DNA of 64,000 nucleotides from Paraspadella gotoi (lineage: Eukaryota > Animalia > Chaetognatha): the NCBI GenBank assembly GCA_051294375.1, contig CM119265.1, forward strand, positions 21,514,278 through 21,578,277, read 5' to 3'. Shown piece by piece: positions 63,853 through 64,000 of this stretch. The position numbers and the translations under genes are program-made. The number at the start of each line of letters is the position of its first letter. Position 1 is the first letter of the stretch. The notes beneath the pieces were generated by a model. That model was not told the DNA's origin and did no database searches. It saw nothing but the letters and a program-made list of their open reading frames with translations.

Positions 63853-64000
63853 GTTTGTGGTTTAGTTTTTCTTAGGTTTTTTTTTTTGTTTTGTTTGTTT
63901 GTTTGTTTGCTTGATTTGATTTTTAATTAGCCGGATTGAAAGAAAAGTATGCGAAAATTAAGTGCGCTCTATTGTATTTGTCATCATTCGTCATCATTTG

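Overview
AT-rich invertebrate animal genomic DNA with GC-richer exons and many short introns; species not identifiable from sequence alone. It carries a type I PIP5K gene and an EVI5-type TBC Rab-GAP gene. EVI5 hosts two antisense nested genes, an EF-hand/WD40 gene and an orphan. A tightly packed all-plus-strand cluster follows: Pro/Cys-rich orphan(s), a C-type lectin, a vasa-like DEAD-box helicase, a lectin-EGF protein, a Ly6-like protein, a bestrophin, an acidic orphan and a divergent RPS2-like gene. The most striking non-genic signal is a dispersed family of short GC-rich elements in which a tRNA-derived (Pol III A/B-box) segment sits directly upstream of a type-P5 twister ribozyme fold. 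There are five copies (about 7.1, 17.0, 28.4, 35.3 and 35.7 kb) with compensatory base changes, and two are in head-to-tail tandem. Penelope-type minimal hammerhead remnants and several MITE-like foldback elements also occur. All structures were paired by eye and none was verified computationally.
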